The notes under the pieces were generated by a model. The model did not search any database and was not told the DNA's origin. It was given only the letters and a program-made list of their open reading frames with translations. Both the position numbers and the translations under genes were made by a program. From Paraspadella gotoi (Eukaryota; Animalia; Chaetognatha), in assembly GCA_051294375.1 (NCBI GenBank), contig JBJCIZ010000239.1, forward strand, positions 674,442-738,441: 64,000 nt of DNA, given 5' to 3'. Positions 15,608 through 29,439 of this stretch are shown here, piece by piece (position 1 is the stretch's first letter; each line of letters begins with the position of its first letter).

Positions 15608-15649
<42 letters not shown>

Positions 15650-15655
15650 AGGAGC

Positions 15656-15687
<32 letters not shown>

Positions 15688-16110
15688 TAGAGAGAGAGAG
15701 AGGAGAGAAAGAAAGAAAGAAAAAAGAAAAGAAGAGAGAAAAGGAAAAGAGAGAAAGAAAGAAAGAAAGAAAGAAGAAGACGAGAAAGAAAGAATGTCCA
15801 GAGTCGTAAAACTGTAAAAGATATTCTTTTATAAGAAACAAAAGAAGGAAAGCCTTGCAAAGAGGTTGAGTAATTTCTCTACTTTTTTTTTTCTCTCTCT
15901 TCTTTCCATCAATCAGTCAAGCGATCCGTTCGCGCCTTGTCCTTCCCGTCCATACACTCTGGACGTTTATAATCCGATAACAATATTTTAAAGAATGATG
16001 CGTGTTAAGTTTTTTTTCGTGTTGCGTCGCGTCGATGGTCCAACTTTTGATGTTTCTTTTCTTCTTCCTCCTCCTCCTCGTTCTTCTTCCCTCCTCCTCC
16101 TTTTCTTTGC

Positions 16111-16847
16111 GAGAGAGAGAGAGAGAATGGAGATGAATTTAGTAAAACAGCAAACAGTGAGAAATAAGATAGGTATCCATTATTAGTAACTCTCACTTAA
16201 CAAATTAATTGATTAGAACCGGAGGCTTTTTTTTTCGAATCAATCAAATTTTTTCCCATTAAAAATTCAAAATAATAAAAAAAATGTTTTTTTTTATTTT
16301 TTCCTAAAACGAGACGAGATTAATGTTCATTTTTTGGGGGAGGAATTCAGAAGTCTCGCTGGCGGCCTTCGACGGAAATTTATGGCTTCTAAAAATATTA
16401 TTGAAATCGATGGACAACTTATCCAAAACTGGTTGTACTTATCCTAGGAAAAATTATAAGATTACTTGTTTTACCGTGTTAGATTAAAAATTTAAAATGA
16501 ATAAAAAAGTCGAGTATATTTGACATAAGTATTAAATTTAACTATTATATATTTAATTTTTAATAACGTAATGGGGACATTGATGTTAGTGTAATATTTA
16601 ATGTAGCCGAATTAACTAAACTAAATCTTCAGTATTACATTTAATACTAAAATAATCTAATGAACCTATACATTAATACATTAATACCCCCTGAAAAAAA
16701 ATTTAGCATTGCCCGAGGAATAAAAAAATTTCGGGTGAAGATAAAATAGAAATAAAATAGAAATAAAATCGGGAATAAAAAATAAAATTGTCTCCCACCG
16801 AAAGGAAATCTCGCCTTTTGACGTCGGAGAGAAAAAAGAGAAAACAG
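16111..16847 (+). repeat. Third, partial and slightly diverged copy of the start of the 8.7-kb unit (matches ~1-730)
   Basis: GAGATGAATTTAGTAAAACAG...GAAAGGAAATCTCGCCTTTT repeats 30-705 with small indels, then runs into an N gap. Confidence 0.9.
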
Positions 16848-17544
16848 NNNNNNNNNNNNNNNNNNNNNNNNNNNNNNNNNNNNNNNNNNNNNNNNNNNNN
16901 NNNNNNNNNNNNNNNNNNNNNNNNNNNNNNNNNNNNNNNNNNNNNNNNNNNNNNNNNNNNNNNNNNNNNNNNNNNNNNNNNNNNNNNNNNNNNNNNNNNN
17001 NNNNNNNNNNNNNNNNNNNNNNNNNNNNNNNNNNNNNNNNNNNNNNNNNNNNNNNNNNNNNNNNNNNNNNNNNNNNNNNNNNNNNNNNNNNNNNNNNNNN
17101 NNNNNNNNNNNNNNNNNNNNNNNNNNNNNNNNNNNNNNNNNNNNNNNNNNNNNNNNNNNNNNNNNNNNNNNNNNNNNNNNNNNNNNNNNNNNNNNNNNNN
17201 NNNNNNNNNNNNNNNNNNNNNNNNNNNNNNNNNNNNNNNNNNNNNNNNNNNNNNNNNNNNNNNNNNNNNNNNNNNNNNNNNNNNNNNNNNNNNNNNNNNN
17301 NNNNNNNNNNNNNNNNNNNNNNNNNNNNNNNNNNNNNNNNNNNNNNNNNNNNNNNNNNNNNNNNNNNNNNNNNNNNNNNNNNNNNNNNNNNNNNNNNNNN
17401 NNNNNNNNNNNNNNNNNNNNNNNNNNNNNNNNNNNNNNNNNNNNNNNNNNNNNNNNNNNNNNNNNNNNNNNNNNNNNNNNNNNNNNNNNNNNNNNNNNNN
17501 NNNNNNNNNNNNNNNNNNNNNNNNNNNNNNNNNNNNNNNNNNNN

Positions 17545-19229
17545 AAGAAGAGGAGGAGGAGGAAGAGGAAGAAACATCAAAGTGACCATCGACGCGACGA
17601 ACACGAAAAAAAACTTTAACGATCATCTTAAAATATTTGTTTATGGATTATAAACGTCAAGTGTATGGACGGAGGGACAAGCGAACGGATCGCTTGACTG
17701 ATTGAGGGAAAGAGAGAGAGAGAAAAAATTACTCACCTCTTTGGAAGGCGTCCTTCTTTTGTTTTCTATAAAGAATATCTTTTACAGTTTTACGACTCNN
17801 NNNNNNNNNNNNNNNNNNNNNNNNNNNNNNNNNNNNNNNNNNNNNNNNNNNNNNNNNNNNNNNNNNNNNNNNNNNNNNNNNNNNNNNNNNNNNNNNNNNN
17901 NNNNNNNNNNNNNNNNNNNNNNNNNNNNNNNNNNNNNNNNNNNNNNNNNNNNNNNNNNNNNNNNNNNNNNNNNNNNNNNNNNNNNNNNNNNNNNNNNNNN
18001 NNNNNNNNNNNNNNNNNNNNNNNNNNNNNNNNNNNNNNNNNNNNNNNNNNNNNNNNNNNNNNNNNNNNNNNNNNNNNNNNNNNNNNNNNNNNNNNNNNNN
18101 NNNNNNGATCCTTTCATTTTTGGTATACAATTGAATATGGATCGATTTCTGTTTACTTTGGGCGAAAAAGAAAATTTTAAATTTATTACTACAAAGTTAT
18201 CCAATGGATTTGCTTTTTACTTTCATAGATATGACAACTATAACGTCTCACTTAGCCTTTGATGCGTCTTGTCTTCTGTTTTGGACAGGTTTTTTCTCGG
18301 TTGGCTGAATACGATGCGTCCGTCTGTATTCGATTGATCGGTTTGAGACAGTTCTTCTACTTCTTTTTTTACTTTACTACAGTTCTACAGTTCTACAGTA
18401 TATCTACAGTTCTACAGTATATCTACAGTTCTACAGTATATCTACAGTATATCTTATACTACTATATCTTCTCTGATTTAGCTTTCAACAAAAAAAAATC
18501 ATTCATTCATTCATTCATTTATTCATTCATTCTTATTTTTTCATCTTGATTCTTCGTTTTTTTTACGCTTGAATTCCTTTCCTTATGATTCTTCTCTTAT
18601 GTCGCTTTCGATCCAAACTCGATTCAATCAAAATTTCCAGCGGGAGTTTCAATTTAGATATTAAGGGGTCATCTCAAATTAGCGACAACTTTGAAAGAGG
18701 GGGACGACCTTAAATGAAAAATCCTTTCTAATTAGGGGCATTTTCAAATTCATTGCCACTTCACTTTAAATATTGAAATTTTTCTTGATGTGTGGAATAG
18801 CAACCATTCACGTAAAATTATCAGCATTTAGCCTTTTAGAATAAGGCGCACTTCAAATAGGCAGCAACTTGTACAACGATAAAAATGAACTGAAGGACAA
18901 AAAGGCATTTTATATTATTTCTACCAAAAGCAAACGAGGGGATATCTTAAATAAGGACCCTTCTTATTCTTAATTAAGAGCACCCCTGATTAGCAACTCT
19001 CAGAATGAAGATCCATCTCAAAAGAGGAATAACTTTAATAAATCACCCAAATTAGCGGCTACTCAAAGAGTAGGACTAAACTTACTTGACTACCAAGTCT
19101 ATTACTAAAAATGATCGAGTGACTTTTCCTTTAAAATAAAGAGAAAGGAATTTAAAAAAAAAAATCTATTCCTAAGTAAATTTGAAAAAAGTTTACCTTT
19201 CAACACGAAATATTGGCAAGGGAATTCAT

Positions 19230-19294
<65 letters not shown>

Positions 19295-19455
19295 CCTCTT
19301 TAGTCTCAGCTTTATCCTTCGGGGACAAAGCGAAAAGTAAAAGATCGTCAACAGAGAAATCTTTAATCCCAGATCAAATTCCTCGAGTCGCTTAGTCAAT
19401 AAGAAGTAAGAGGATAGGGACGAGAGGAGAGAGAGGAGGAGAGAGAGAGAGAGAG

Positions 19456-19523
<68 letters not shown>

Positions 19524-19629
19524 CCGAAAGTAAGCCGATGGCTTTGTGTAAAAAATTATGCGAAAAAGCTTTTCTCAATTCGTGCTTTTTTTAAACTCTC
19601 TTCTTTTTCTAACACCCCACTCCGTCTCT

Positions 19630-19702
<73 letters not shown>

Positions 19703-21937
19703 ATCGTCCCTCCTTCATAACCGTCTGTTGCCAACTCTGCAATTTAGAAATATATTGACGTCCGATAAATGATCCTCAGATTTTATCGTCTCTGATTGGT
19801 CATTCGCCGCGATTTCAGCCAATGAGAGAAGACTTAGACATTCGTGGTGCTTGTCCGTCGGCCCCATGACTTTTAGTTCCATCCTTTGTCTCCGAGCGCC
19901 GATGGCACCGTCGAGTTAACGTCGCTCGGAAATCTTTTTACGGAGTCCATCCTAATTAATTTGAAATTGTTCAAGAATCAAGAATCTTGACATTTAAGAT
20001 TCCTATAAATTTTGATTAAATTTCATACGTAATAAATTAACAATTTCCCGCTATAATACGGTTTGTCAATTTACAAATAAATTATCTACACTGTAGATTC
20101 TACAGTATCTTGGATTCGATCTTTAAAAAGTCTATATATATCACGAGCTTCTTCCAAGCAAAACTATGCAACCATTGCGACCTTTTAATCTAGACTATTT
20201 TTGTCACTATGTATGTCAAAAAACTTTTTAACGTCCTTTCAAATCTTTAATGAACCGTGACATCCCCTCTACGAAATTGACACGAAATTGACATGAATTG
20301 GACATTTTCTTCAATGACACAACAACCCTAACTATTTCTCACATAATCTCCCCCTATTGTCTTTTCAATTTTTTTCTTCTTCCAAGATTTTTCTCCTTTG
20401 TTCTCTCGTAGACCGAGCGATCGTCCGTCCTACGGTCCGTTGCATTTTTTTTAAGGGGAGAGAGAGGGAGCTCTCTTTTCCGAGAGTGCCCCAATTTCTG
20501 TTTTTTATCCAAGAATTTAGTATTAATTTAATATTTAACCTAAACTGACGCTTTTGTCTATGGTTGGATCGCGTCATTCGGCGTCCCAACCACCGTTACG
20601 ACTGACAGAGGCTCGCAATTCTTGTCCTCAACATGGACCCAACTCCTCGAATCGTGGGGAATCTCCGATAATTTANNNNNNNNNNNNNNNNNNNNNNNNN
20701 ACGAGGGCTTACCACATGCAGTCTAATGGACTGGTCAAGCGGTTTCATCGTCGCCTGAAGGAGTTTTTGATCGCCTAGGCGCCTACACCCAGGGTAACTG
20801 ATCTGGCGCTTTCCCTGCTCACTCCTAGTCATAAGAACAACGCTTCAACCCGAGTAAGTGTACACTGTACAGCAAACCAATCGCCATTCCGGGCGACATC
20901 TTGCGGAGTCTATCAAGCGGCAACGCCAGCAAAGTTTGGGAGGTTTCTCGGTAAAAAGCGCCAGAGTCAAAGGCGTATATATATATATTGTTTTAAATAT
21001 ATAAACGAATTCCTAACCATATTTTTGCCATCCTCCATAACCCATATTCGAATTTATAATCTTGACCCTAAATGGTATTCCGTAAACACTAACCAAGTCC
21101 TTAACTTTAATCACTAACACTTACCCAACCAATTCCCCATGCCTAATCTAAACCTAATCTTTAACTAAAAAAATTCGAATATTAGATAAAATGGGTCGTT
21201 CTAGAAAAATAAGGCCATCGAAGGCGGGTAGCGCGCGGAGATAGGACTGGCTCGGTTTTATTTTCATTTCGTTGAATGTTGGGGGAGTAGAGAGAGAGTA
21301 GAGAGAGAGAGAGAGAGAGAGGGAGAGGAGGACATAATGTGTCGGTGCAGAGTTCCTCTTTTCGTTTCTGTTTGTCTATTGTTGTTTTTGGTTGTTTTTT
21401 TCGCGTTCGCGCGGAAACCGGTGAGACTGAGGTCGAAAGAAGGCGTCCCGTGGCGTTCTCTGACGGCGAAACGAGCGTGAAAATTGAAGAGGTAAACAAA
21501 AACAGGATTATTCCAACGTGTTGCTCTTGCGCCTTTTGGCATCATGGACTTAAGAATTTATTTTTACATGCTTGTTTTAGAGCTAATCTGCATAATACAA
21601 TCGTTTTTTTTTCATAAAGATGAAGATAATCATGGCTATTTCCTAATCGTTACTTTATTCTATGCGATTGCGTAATTATATGATTCTAGTAAGCTCCTTT
21701 CAAACTTAAGTGGAACTGATAGAGAAGCGATTAGACGGAACTGCCATGAAGATTTCCATCGCATTGAAACCGATCGAATTGATTGATTGTCCTGAGACCT
21801 GAAACAAAAGACGAGACGAATGGATGAGAAAAAAAAGTTTAAATCCTGAGTTTTGTTTGCTTTTTAAACGCGAAGTAAATATTGACGTGGGAAGATAAGG
21901 TGATCGTTTTTACGCGATGATAAGTTTGACTACGGAT

Positions 21938-22028
<91 letters not shown>

Positions 22029-22124
22029 GATAAAAGAAAAAAGAAAGATAAAGAGAAAGAAGAAAGAAAAGAAGAGAAAGAAAGGAAAGAAAGAAAGAAA
22101 AAGAATTATTCTCTTCTGTGGGGG
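17545..22124 (-). repeat. Diverged inverted copy of ~1300-7380 of the 8.7-kb unit
   Basis: 17545-17798 is the reverse complement of ~7080-7380; 18107-18343 of ~6520-6785; 18370-21940 of ~1470-5400. Many small indels. Confidence 0.9.
20550..20900 (+). pseudogene. Decayed Gypsy integrase fragment (inverted copy)
   Basis: WIASFGVPTTVTTDRGSQFL from ~20563; TRAYHMQSNGLVKRFHRRLKEFLIA at 20701-20775; YSKPIAIPGD near 20870-20897. Confidence 0.85.
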
Positions 22125-22652
22125 CTACACCCAGGGTAACTGATCTTGGCGCTTTCCCTGCTCATTCATAGACATAAGAACAACGCTCAAACCCGAGTAA
22201 GTGTACAGCAAAGCAATCGCCATTCCGGGCGACATCTTTGCGGAGTCTATCAGCGGCAACGCCAGCAAGTTTGGGAGGTTTCTCGGTAAAAGCGCCAGAG
22301 TCAAAGGCTATATATATATATTGTTTTAAATATATAAACGAATTCCTAACCATAATCTTTTGCCATCCTCCATAACCCATATTCCGAATTTATAATCTTG
22401 ACCCTAAATGGTATTCCGTAAACACTAACCAAGTCCTTAACTTTAATCACTAACCTTACCCTCAACCAAATCCCTTAGCCTAATCTCAAACCTAATCTTT
22501 AACTCAAAAAATTCCGAATATTANNNNNNNNNNNNNNNNNNNNNNNNNGATAAAATGGGTTCGTTCTAGAAAAATAAGGCCATCGAAGGCGGGTAGCGGG
22601 GGAGATAGGACTGGCTCGCGTTTTATTTTCATTTCGTTGAAATGTTGGGGGA

Positions 22653-22698
<46 letters not shown>

Positions 22699-23343
22699 AA
22701 TATGGTGTCGGTGCAGAGTTCCTCTTTTCGTTTCTGTTTGTCTTTGTTGTTTTTGGTTGTTTTTTTGGTTCGCGGAAATCCGGTGAGACTGAGGTCGAAA
22801 GGAAGGCCGTCCCGTGGCGTTCTCTGACGGCAAACGAGCGTGAAAATGAAGGGTAAACAAAAACAGGATTATTCCAACGTGTTGCTCTTGCGCCTTTTGG
22901 CATCATGGACTTAAGAATTTATTTTTACATGCTTTGTTTTAGAGCTAATCTGCATAATACAATCGTTTTTTTTTCATAAAGATGAAGATAATCATTGGCT
23001 ATGTTCCTAATCGTTACTTTATTCTATGCGATTGCGTAATTATATGTTCTAGTAAGCTCTTTCAAACTTAAGTGGAACTGATAGAGAAGCGATTAGACGG
23101 AACTGCCATGAAGATTTCCATCGCATTGAAACGATCGAATTGATTGATTGTCCTGAAGACCTGAAACAAAAGACGAGACGAATGGATGAGAAAAAAAAAA
23201 GTTTAAATCCTGAGTTTTGTTTCTTTTAAACGGAAGTAAATATTGACGTGGGAAGATAAGGTGATCGTTTTTACGCGATGATAAGTTTGAACTACGGATG
23301 AGAGGAGAGAGAGAGAGAGAGCGAGGAGAAGAGAGGAAGAGAT

Positions 23344-23395
<52 letters not shown>

Positions 23396-23493
23396 GATAA
23401 GAAGAAAAAAGAAAGATAAAGAAGAAAGAAGAAAGAAAAGAAGAGAAAGAAAGAAAGAAAGAAAGAAAAAAGAATTATTCTCTTCTGTGGGGG
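20783..23493 (+). repeat. Local ~1.35-kb tandem duplication (20783-22124 and 22125-23493)
   Basis: CTACACCCAGGGTAACTGATC begins both copies; AGAATTATTCTCTTCTGTGGGGG ends both. Confidence 0.9.
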
Positions 23494-23729
23494 AAAAAAA
23501 AGAGAAGGAAGAAAAGAAGAAAGGTTTTGTAACTCTAGAATGACGTCAGCGATTTTCTTAGGGGTCATCCCAAAAGGTCAAACGAAGGTCAAACGAAGGT
23601 CAATCCTCAACGCGCCCGCAACAAATCTTATGAGTCTCGAGGGAAAAAAGGAAAGCGAACGAATTAATTCTTTAAAGGAAGTTAGTATGAGAGGGAGTGA
23701 ATAAGAATGATAATGATAAAAATAATAAT

Positions 23730-23761
23730 AATAATAAAAATGATAATGATAATAATAATAA

Positions 23762-23837
<76 letters not shown>
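23730..23837. repeat. (AAT)n microsatellite
   Basis: Long near-perfect AAT run. Confidence 0.95.
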
Positions 23838-24689
23838 GGAATATTTAATTTTAGTCTAAAATGACTTTTAATCTTTTCCCTCATTGAAAACTATTTTGTC
23901 TAGTTTTGTTAATTTTTATAAATGTCTTAGTTAGGGCGCTTTATTGAAACGTGGTTATGGACTGATACTTTGTTTGTCACTCTATTTTTGAGTTCATACG
24001 AATACAATTAACCAACAATTTTTTAAAATGTATTTAAAATCAGGATAAATGCAAAGTAAAAATTACAAAGTATCAAGCTTATTTTTTGTTGGTAGGAGTT
24101 AGAAANNNNNNNNNNNNNNNNNNNNNNNNNNNNNNNNNNNNNNNNNNNNNNNNNNNNNNNNNNNNNNNNNNNNNNNNNNNNNNNNNNNNNNNNNNNNNNN
24201 NNNNNNNNNNNNNNNNNNNNNNNNNNNNNNNNNNNNNNNNNNNNNNNNNNNNNNNNNNNNNNNNNNNNNNNNNNNNNNNNNNNNNNNNNNNNNNNNNNNN
24301 NNNNNNNNNNNNNNNNNNNNNNNNNNNNNNNNNNNNNNNNNNNNNNNNNNNNNNNNNNNNNNNAGGTTCTGTTTGTTTTTGCTCCCTTAATCTTTCCTTT
24401 CGTGAGTTAATAATGTTTTACAAACTTTTTTCTCTCTCTTTCTTTCTTTGTCTTTCTTTTCCCCGATTTCTCCACCGCGCGATTTTTTTCTTCTATATTT
24501 TCTTGTGTTTTTATGTCATTTCACATATTTTTTGGACGATTACGTGTGTGCTTAGGGAGTTTGCGTGCGTAGAGGCTTTTAAAAATTTGACTATTTGAGA
24601 TAAAGTTTGGGAAAAATATATCCCCCTCGAAAAAAGTTTACGTTGGCAACATATTTTTTTTAAAGAGAAATAAAAAATAAAACATATAA

Positions 24690-24856
24690 CTGTGAGAGAG
24701 TCTTGATTGAAAGCTTGCAGGGACCTGCTATGTCATTATCTTGTAAGAGTGATGGAGGCCTTAAACCACCAAAGCCTGTCCAAAGTCAGGGGCAAGATAG
24801 CTTATTTATTAAATGAATGGATAATTTTTATATTGGTTGTACCAATTTCATATTGA
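24690..24856. repeat. Interspersed repeat also present at ~59025-59188 (same orientation) and ~47019-47183 (reverse)
   Basis: Shared GAGAGTCTTGAT..GCAGGGACCTGCTATGTCATTATCTTGTA.GAGTGATGGAGGCC...AATGAATGGATAATTTTTATATTG.TTGTACCAATTTCATAT. Confidence 0.85.
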
Positions 24857-25051
24857 GGTAGCTGTGAACGGGAGGCCTTACCAAGTGAAGCAGAACCAGT
24901 GAATGGAGTGAGATTACAACCTCGCGTGATGGCGGAACAAATCAACAAATGAACAATCAAATTTTTTTTACTTTAAATTTGAAGAAGGAAAAAAAATTCA
25001 ATTTAGTCGTTGTGTAAAAAAGAAAAAAAAAGTGAGAATATTAAATCCCTT

Positions 25052-25322
25052 TTAGTTGCGCCGCGAGTACTCGCGGAGCAACTCTATAAGTCACTTTTCG
25101 GTCGGTCGGTCTGTCAGTCGCTTGGTCCATTGGTATGTCTGTCCGTCGGCCTGTCTCACTTACGTTAAAAATGCATATAATTTGCCTATAATTTGCTCAT
25201 TTGTTAAGACAGAAAAAACCTCAAATCTAAGTGTCTGTCATGTCATGTAGCGACATGTCATGTCAGGTCATGTTACGAGAAATATTTTTGATAAGGCAGT
25301 CACTGCTGCGCAAAACACTTTA
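25052..25322 (+). mobile_element. Non-autonomous Helentron/DINE-1-like (HINE-type) element; relatives at 42415-42652 and (head only) 33357-33410
   Basis: T-rich flank, terminal stem-loop AGTTGCG-CCGCGAG-TA-CTCGCGG-AGCAACT, then CTATAAGTCAC and a GTCG/GTCT microsatellite. Body and AGTCACTGC.GCGCAA..CAC end are shared with 42415-42652. Confidence 0.6.
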
Positions 25323-26261
25323 ATTACCCTTCTTGTTTTTCTTTCTTTTTGTTTTTTCTTTTTTTTTCTTTTTTTTTTTATTTCGTTTCACGAAGTCAAA
25401 CATCGAAGTGAAATTTTTTTCAATTGGATCTCATTTTCTTTCCTTTATTCCATTTCGTATTTGTCCAGGTGAAAATCCGTCCTTTTCTATTTTTTTCTTT
25501 CTTTCTTTCTTTCTTTCTTTCTNNNNNNNNNNNNNNNNNNNNNNNNNNNNNNNNNNNNNNNNNNNNNNNNNNNNNNNNNNNNNNNNNNNNNNNNNNNNNN
25601 NNNNNNNNNNNNNNNNNNNNNNNNNNNNNNNNNNNNNNNNNNNNNNNNNNNNNNNNNNNNNNNNNNNNNNNNNNNNNNNNNNNNNNNNNNNNNNNNNNNN
25701 NNNNNNNNNNNNNNNNNNNNNNNNNNNNNNNNNNNNNNNNNNNNNNNNNNNNNNNNNNNNNNNNNCCCCCCAAGATTTCAGTTCCTTCAAATGAAATTCA
25801 CATCAAGTCTCGATCTGTAATTTCTCTCGTGTTTGTCATCAAATATTCGTGAGACGAAAAAGGGAATCAAACGAAAAAAAAATGAGGCGAAAATTAACCA
25901 CAAAACTTTCTGCCCTTAGGTCCGTGCGTTTTCTGTTTTGCCTCACGTATCCATCCGTACGATGCATAACTTTAATGTTGGATGTTGGTGCATGTGCAAT
26001 GCACATTGTGCATCATCTTTTTTTTTCAGTATTTAACTCTATTTTTAAACATTAGTATCTTCTAATTGGCTTCAATACCATTCACGCTTAACGTTCTCTG
26101 TAAGAATGTGAATGTGAATTTGTCTCCTTTGACTTAATAGTTCACGTTAATTTGGGTTGTGATTCGCGCACAAATTAATCTATTGTTCTCTTAGTTTTTC
26201 ACACTAACCGAAGAAAATTGTTAAGTTTTTGAGAGAGAGAGAGCGAGGAGAGAGAGAGAGA

Positions 26262-26338
<77 letters not shown>

Positions 26339-26895
26339 AAAGAGATAATTACAGAACTACTAATGACGCTACCGAGAAAGAAGCGCCCATATCAGGCAAT
26401 GGACGCTAACTCTTGTTCCCATGACAACGGAATGCAGACGCCCGGTTCCTTTGGGATGGAAAATGGAAAAAGGAAGAGATGGAATCAATCAGTTGAAAGA
26501 TTATGTGAGAAGTCGAATATAATTTTTATAATATATAGTATAAAACCGAGAAATCAATTGTCAAAAGATAGAGAAAATGCTGGTCAGTCATTTCTTTACA
26601 TGCATTATCGTTGATATTACCAAACAAGACTAAAAATACTAATACTAAACAAACACTTTTATGAACATATCCGTCATGACAGTATTTAATCGTCTTCCAT
26701 ACCTTATTTAATCCCCAATGCCGTACTTGCTTCTAGCGCTCAATCATGGTTGCAGTATTAGCAGTATTAGCGCTCCGCCATTTTTAAAGTTGATGGAAGG
26801 AGTTAATTGTAGAGAGAAAAGCGATTAGGGAAAAGGCAGGGATACGACGGAAAAATATTAGTTATGCAACCTTTCCTTTCTCTTCTCTCTCTGTG

Positions 26896-26935
<40 letters not shown>

Positions 26936-27161
26936 CTCTACTCTTCTCTCTCTCTTCGCGAAATCGCATGAACTCTAGACTTTCGTATTTTCCTGTAAAT
27001 TTCACCGGCGAGAAATATAATTTTTTTTTATTTTTACAACTTTAAATAAAAAAATCCAAACAAAAAATAAAATATAAAAAATAATAATAGGCAATAAGAA
27101 AAAGGCGAGAATGGAAAAAGAGAAAAAGAGGGCTATTCACACACACACAAACACTCAGAAT

Positions 27162-27420
27162 AAACAATGTCGGATCTGCCTACGATACTTTAGCGGTAAG
27201 CAGCTAACTAGATGATAAGTCATGCTGATAGACAGAAGGACTGATATACAGACAGACGGACTCATGGACAGACAGACATAATTTTTTTTCGTAATTTATC
27301 ATAATTCAATGTTCCGATATGATAAAATTTATTTACCAACATGATGTAGGGGTGGGACCGATGGATCGACAAAGTGAATTATAGAGTCGGAATCTGCTGA
27401 TAAGCAGATCCGACGAATAA
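27162..27420 (-). mobile_element. Second HINE/DINE-1-like family member (reverse orientation)
   Basis: GTCGGATCTGC at 27169 has its inverted partner GCAGATCCGAC at 27404. That partner also forms a stem-loop with GTCGGAATCTGC at 27386, next to AAGTGAATTATAGAG. Internal GACAGACGGAC microsatellite. The same end (AAACAATGTCGGGTCTGCC) occurs at ~5414. Confidence 0.6.
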
Positions 27421-27522
27421 TGAAATCACAAACAAAATCACGGGAAAGAATTTAGATGTAAAAGGAAAAAAAATTCTTTCTGTCGTCGTCGACTTTAATG
27501 CCAATCATAACCAAGGGAATTT

Positions 27523-27563
<41 letters not shown>

Positions 27564-27568
27564 AAAGT

Positions 27569-27650
27569 GGCGAAACGAACCGCAGTGGTTGAGTGGGTTC
27601 ACTTCTCGTACCGTGACGGGCAGACCTTGGGTTCGATTCCTATTTCGACC
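27569..27650 (+). mobile_element. tRNA-derived SINE head or tRNA pseudogene
   Basis: Pol III A box TGGTTGAGTGG (27586-27596) and B box GGTTCGATTCC (27630-27640) at tRNA-like spacing. No clean cloverleaf or anticodon arm could be drawn. Confidence 0.55.
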
Positions 27651-28174
27651 GGATTTTCGTAACTTGATTCTCGCCTTGAGTTGAACTGGGCAACTATACC
27701 ACGGCTTCGTTTCAACCTAGTAATCTTAGCCTTTGACGCTTTGCTTGCTTCAAAGCTTGGATGATTTATATGCTTTCCAATCGACAGCACTCGGTTCAGT
27801 TGTTATTTTTTATGCAATCTCTATATATTTTTAAATTTCTCGAGTTTTGCGAACAAAACAAAAGTTACTTACTGTTTATAAGTATCCGTTAAGTTTCTCA
27901 CTGCTATTAAAAAGAATGAGGAATGAAGCTATTTACTATAACGACCTTTCCTTAGGTTTTTAGGTCTACATTTACGTCCGTTTTTTATTTTCATACATAT
28001 GTTTAACGTTAATAAATAATAACAAATACAATTGCTTTTTTTATTTTCTGTTGTTTTTAGTTCATTGACCTACATCTACGTTAATATACATTTCGATCCA
28101 CACTAGTCGAGAAAACCAATTTATTTCGTTTCCCTCCGCCCTAACGCGCGGCCTTCGCGAGAGGGAATTCGTTC

Positions 28175-28212
<38 letters not shown>

Positions 28213-28841
28213 TCGTTTTTTTTTTAAAGGCGCAAAATGGCAAATGTTATATTCGACATAAACTTTGCGATTTCCTTTCAAGACGAAATAAAATTGAGAC
28301 GAACGATCGATGAATAAAAAATTGAAGGAAAAAAAAAGGGAAACGGAGTTTGTTTTCGCGCGTTTTGTGTTTTGTGTTTTGTGTTTTGTTTATGGCGCCG
28401 GGATTTTTGACGAGCGTCCGTGACTTTTTTGTTTTTTTAGATTTTGACGTCGTTGTGTCGGTAAAGGAAACTTTTAATGTGTCAGACGTGACGTCTGACT
28501 TTGTCATATTAATTGATAATTGGTGTGCGTTTTATCAGTGATGACGGTTCTCAGCTCGGTGTGTCGGATATCATGGCGTCGATTGTCAATTACGTCGACG
28601 TCAATAAGTTGTTGTCGTCGTTGTCGTCGTCATTTGTCGTTTCGTCATCACTGAATAACCGCCGCTGCCGCAGTCGCAGCTGCCGCCGCCGTCGTCGTCG
28701 TCGTCGTCGTCTACTCGGTAATAAAAAGCGAAACGACTTTTAACGCCTGAGGTAGACGGAGATCGGGGTTTTGAATATTAATTTCTCTCTCTCGTCTTTC
28801 TTCGTCTTCTCTCCTCTCTCTCTCTCTTCTCTCTCTCTTCT

Positions 28842-28885
<44 letters not shown>

Positions 28886-29439
28886 CGCGTCGTTTTTAGC
28901 GACGTAAACAATTTCCGATGTAAACAAATCGAAATAAACAAAGATGGCGGCGACGAACACGATTCAATAGTGGGTGGGGGTGGATAAAAAGCGGTGGCGG
29001 GATGTTGTTTGTGAACGATGATGTGAATTGATGGAATGATGTGATTATTGGAATAGGGAGGGTTTTTTTGAATTCTTTGTGATTTTGTGAATCGTGAATT
29101 GTGAATACTGCCGATGTGAAAGTGAGAATTGAGAAGCGGCATTAATAAGTCAGACATTCACAGACAATATCAAGAGCATGAAGATTCCAGTGTTTATCAC
29201 AAGTCTCGAACGCCCGATTCACAAAGCGTGAAAGATAAAAAAATAAATCACATTGCCTAAAATTAAACATTAACTTTAATAGTTATCAAACAAATTGCTT
29301 TACAAAAATGTAAATATATATTTTAATTAAAATCTTGTTAAAACTGTCTTTTGTTTTAAACTTTTGTTTCTTTCTCTTTTTTCATCATCGGAAATATATT
29401 TCTCTCTCTCTCTCTCTCACAATGATTTGGAAGAACACC

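Larger units (their letters stand above)
1..16110 (+). repeat. Near-identical direct tandem duplication, period ~8715 bp (1-8715; second copy 8716-16110 matches 1-~7391)
   Basis: ATGGGAGATGAATTTAGTAAAACAG occurs at 26 and 8741. Identical ORF sets recur at offsets of 8715-8719. Differences seen are small indels in GA/CT microsatellites. Confidence 0.95.

Noticed and set aside
16681-18262. ORFs of 130-307 aa in the track (likewise 24086-25852)
   Set aside because: They consist mostly of N-gap X residues.
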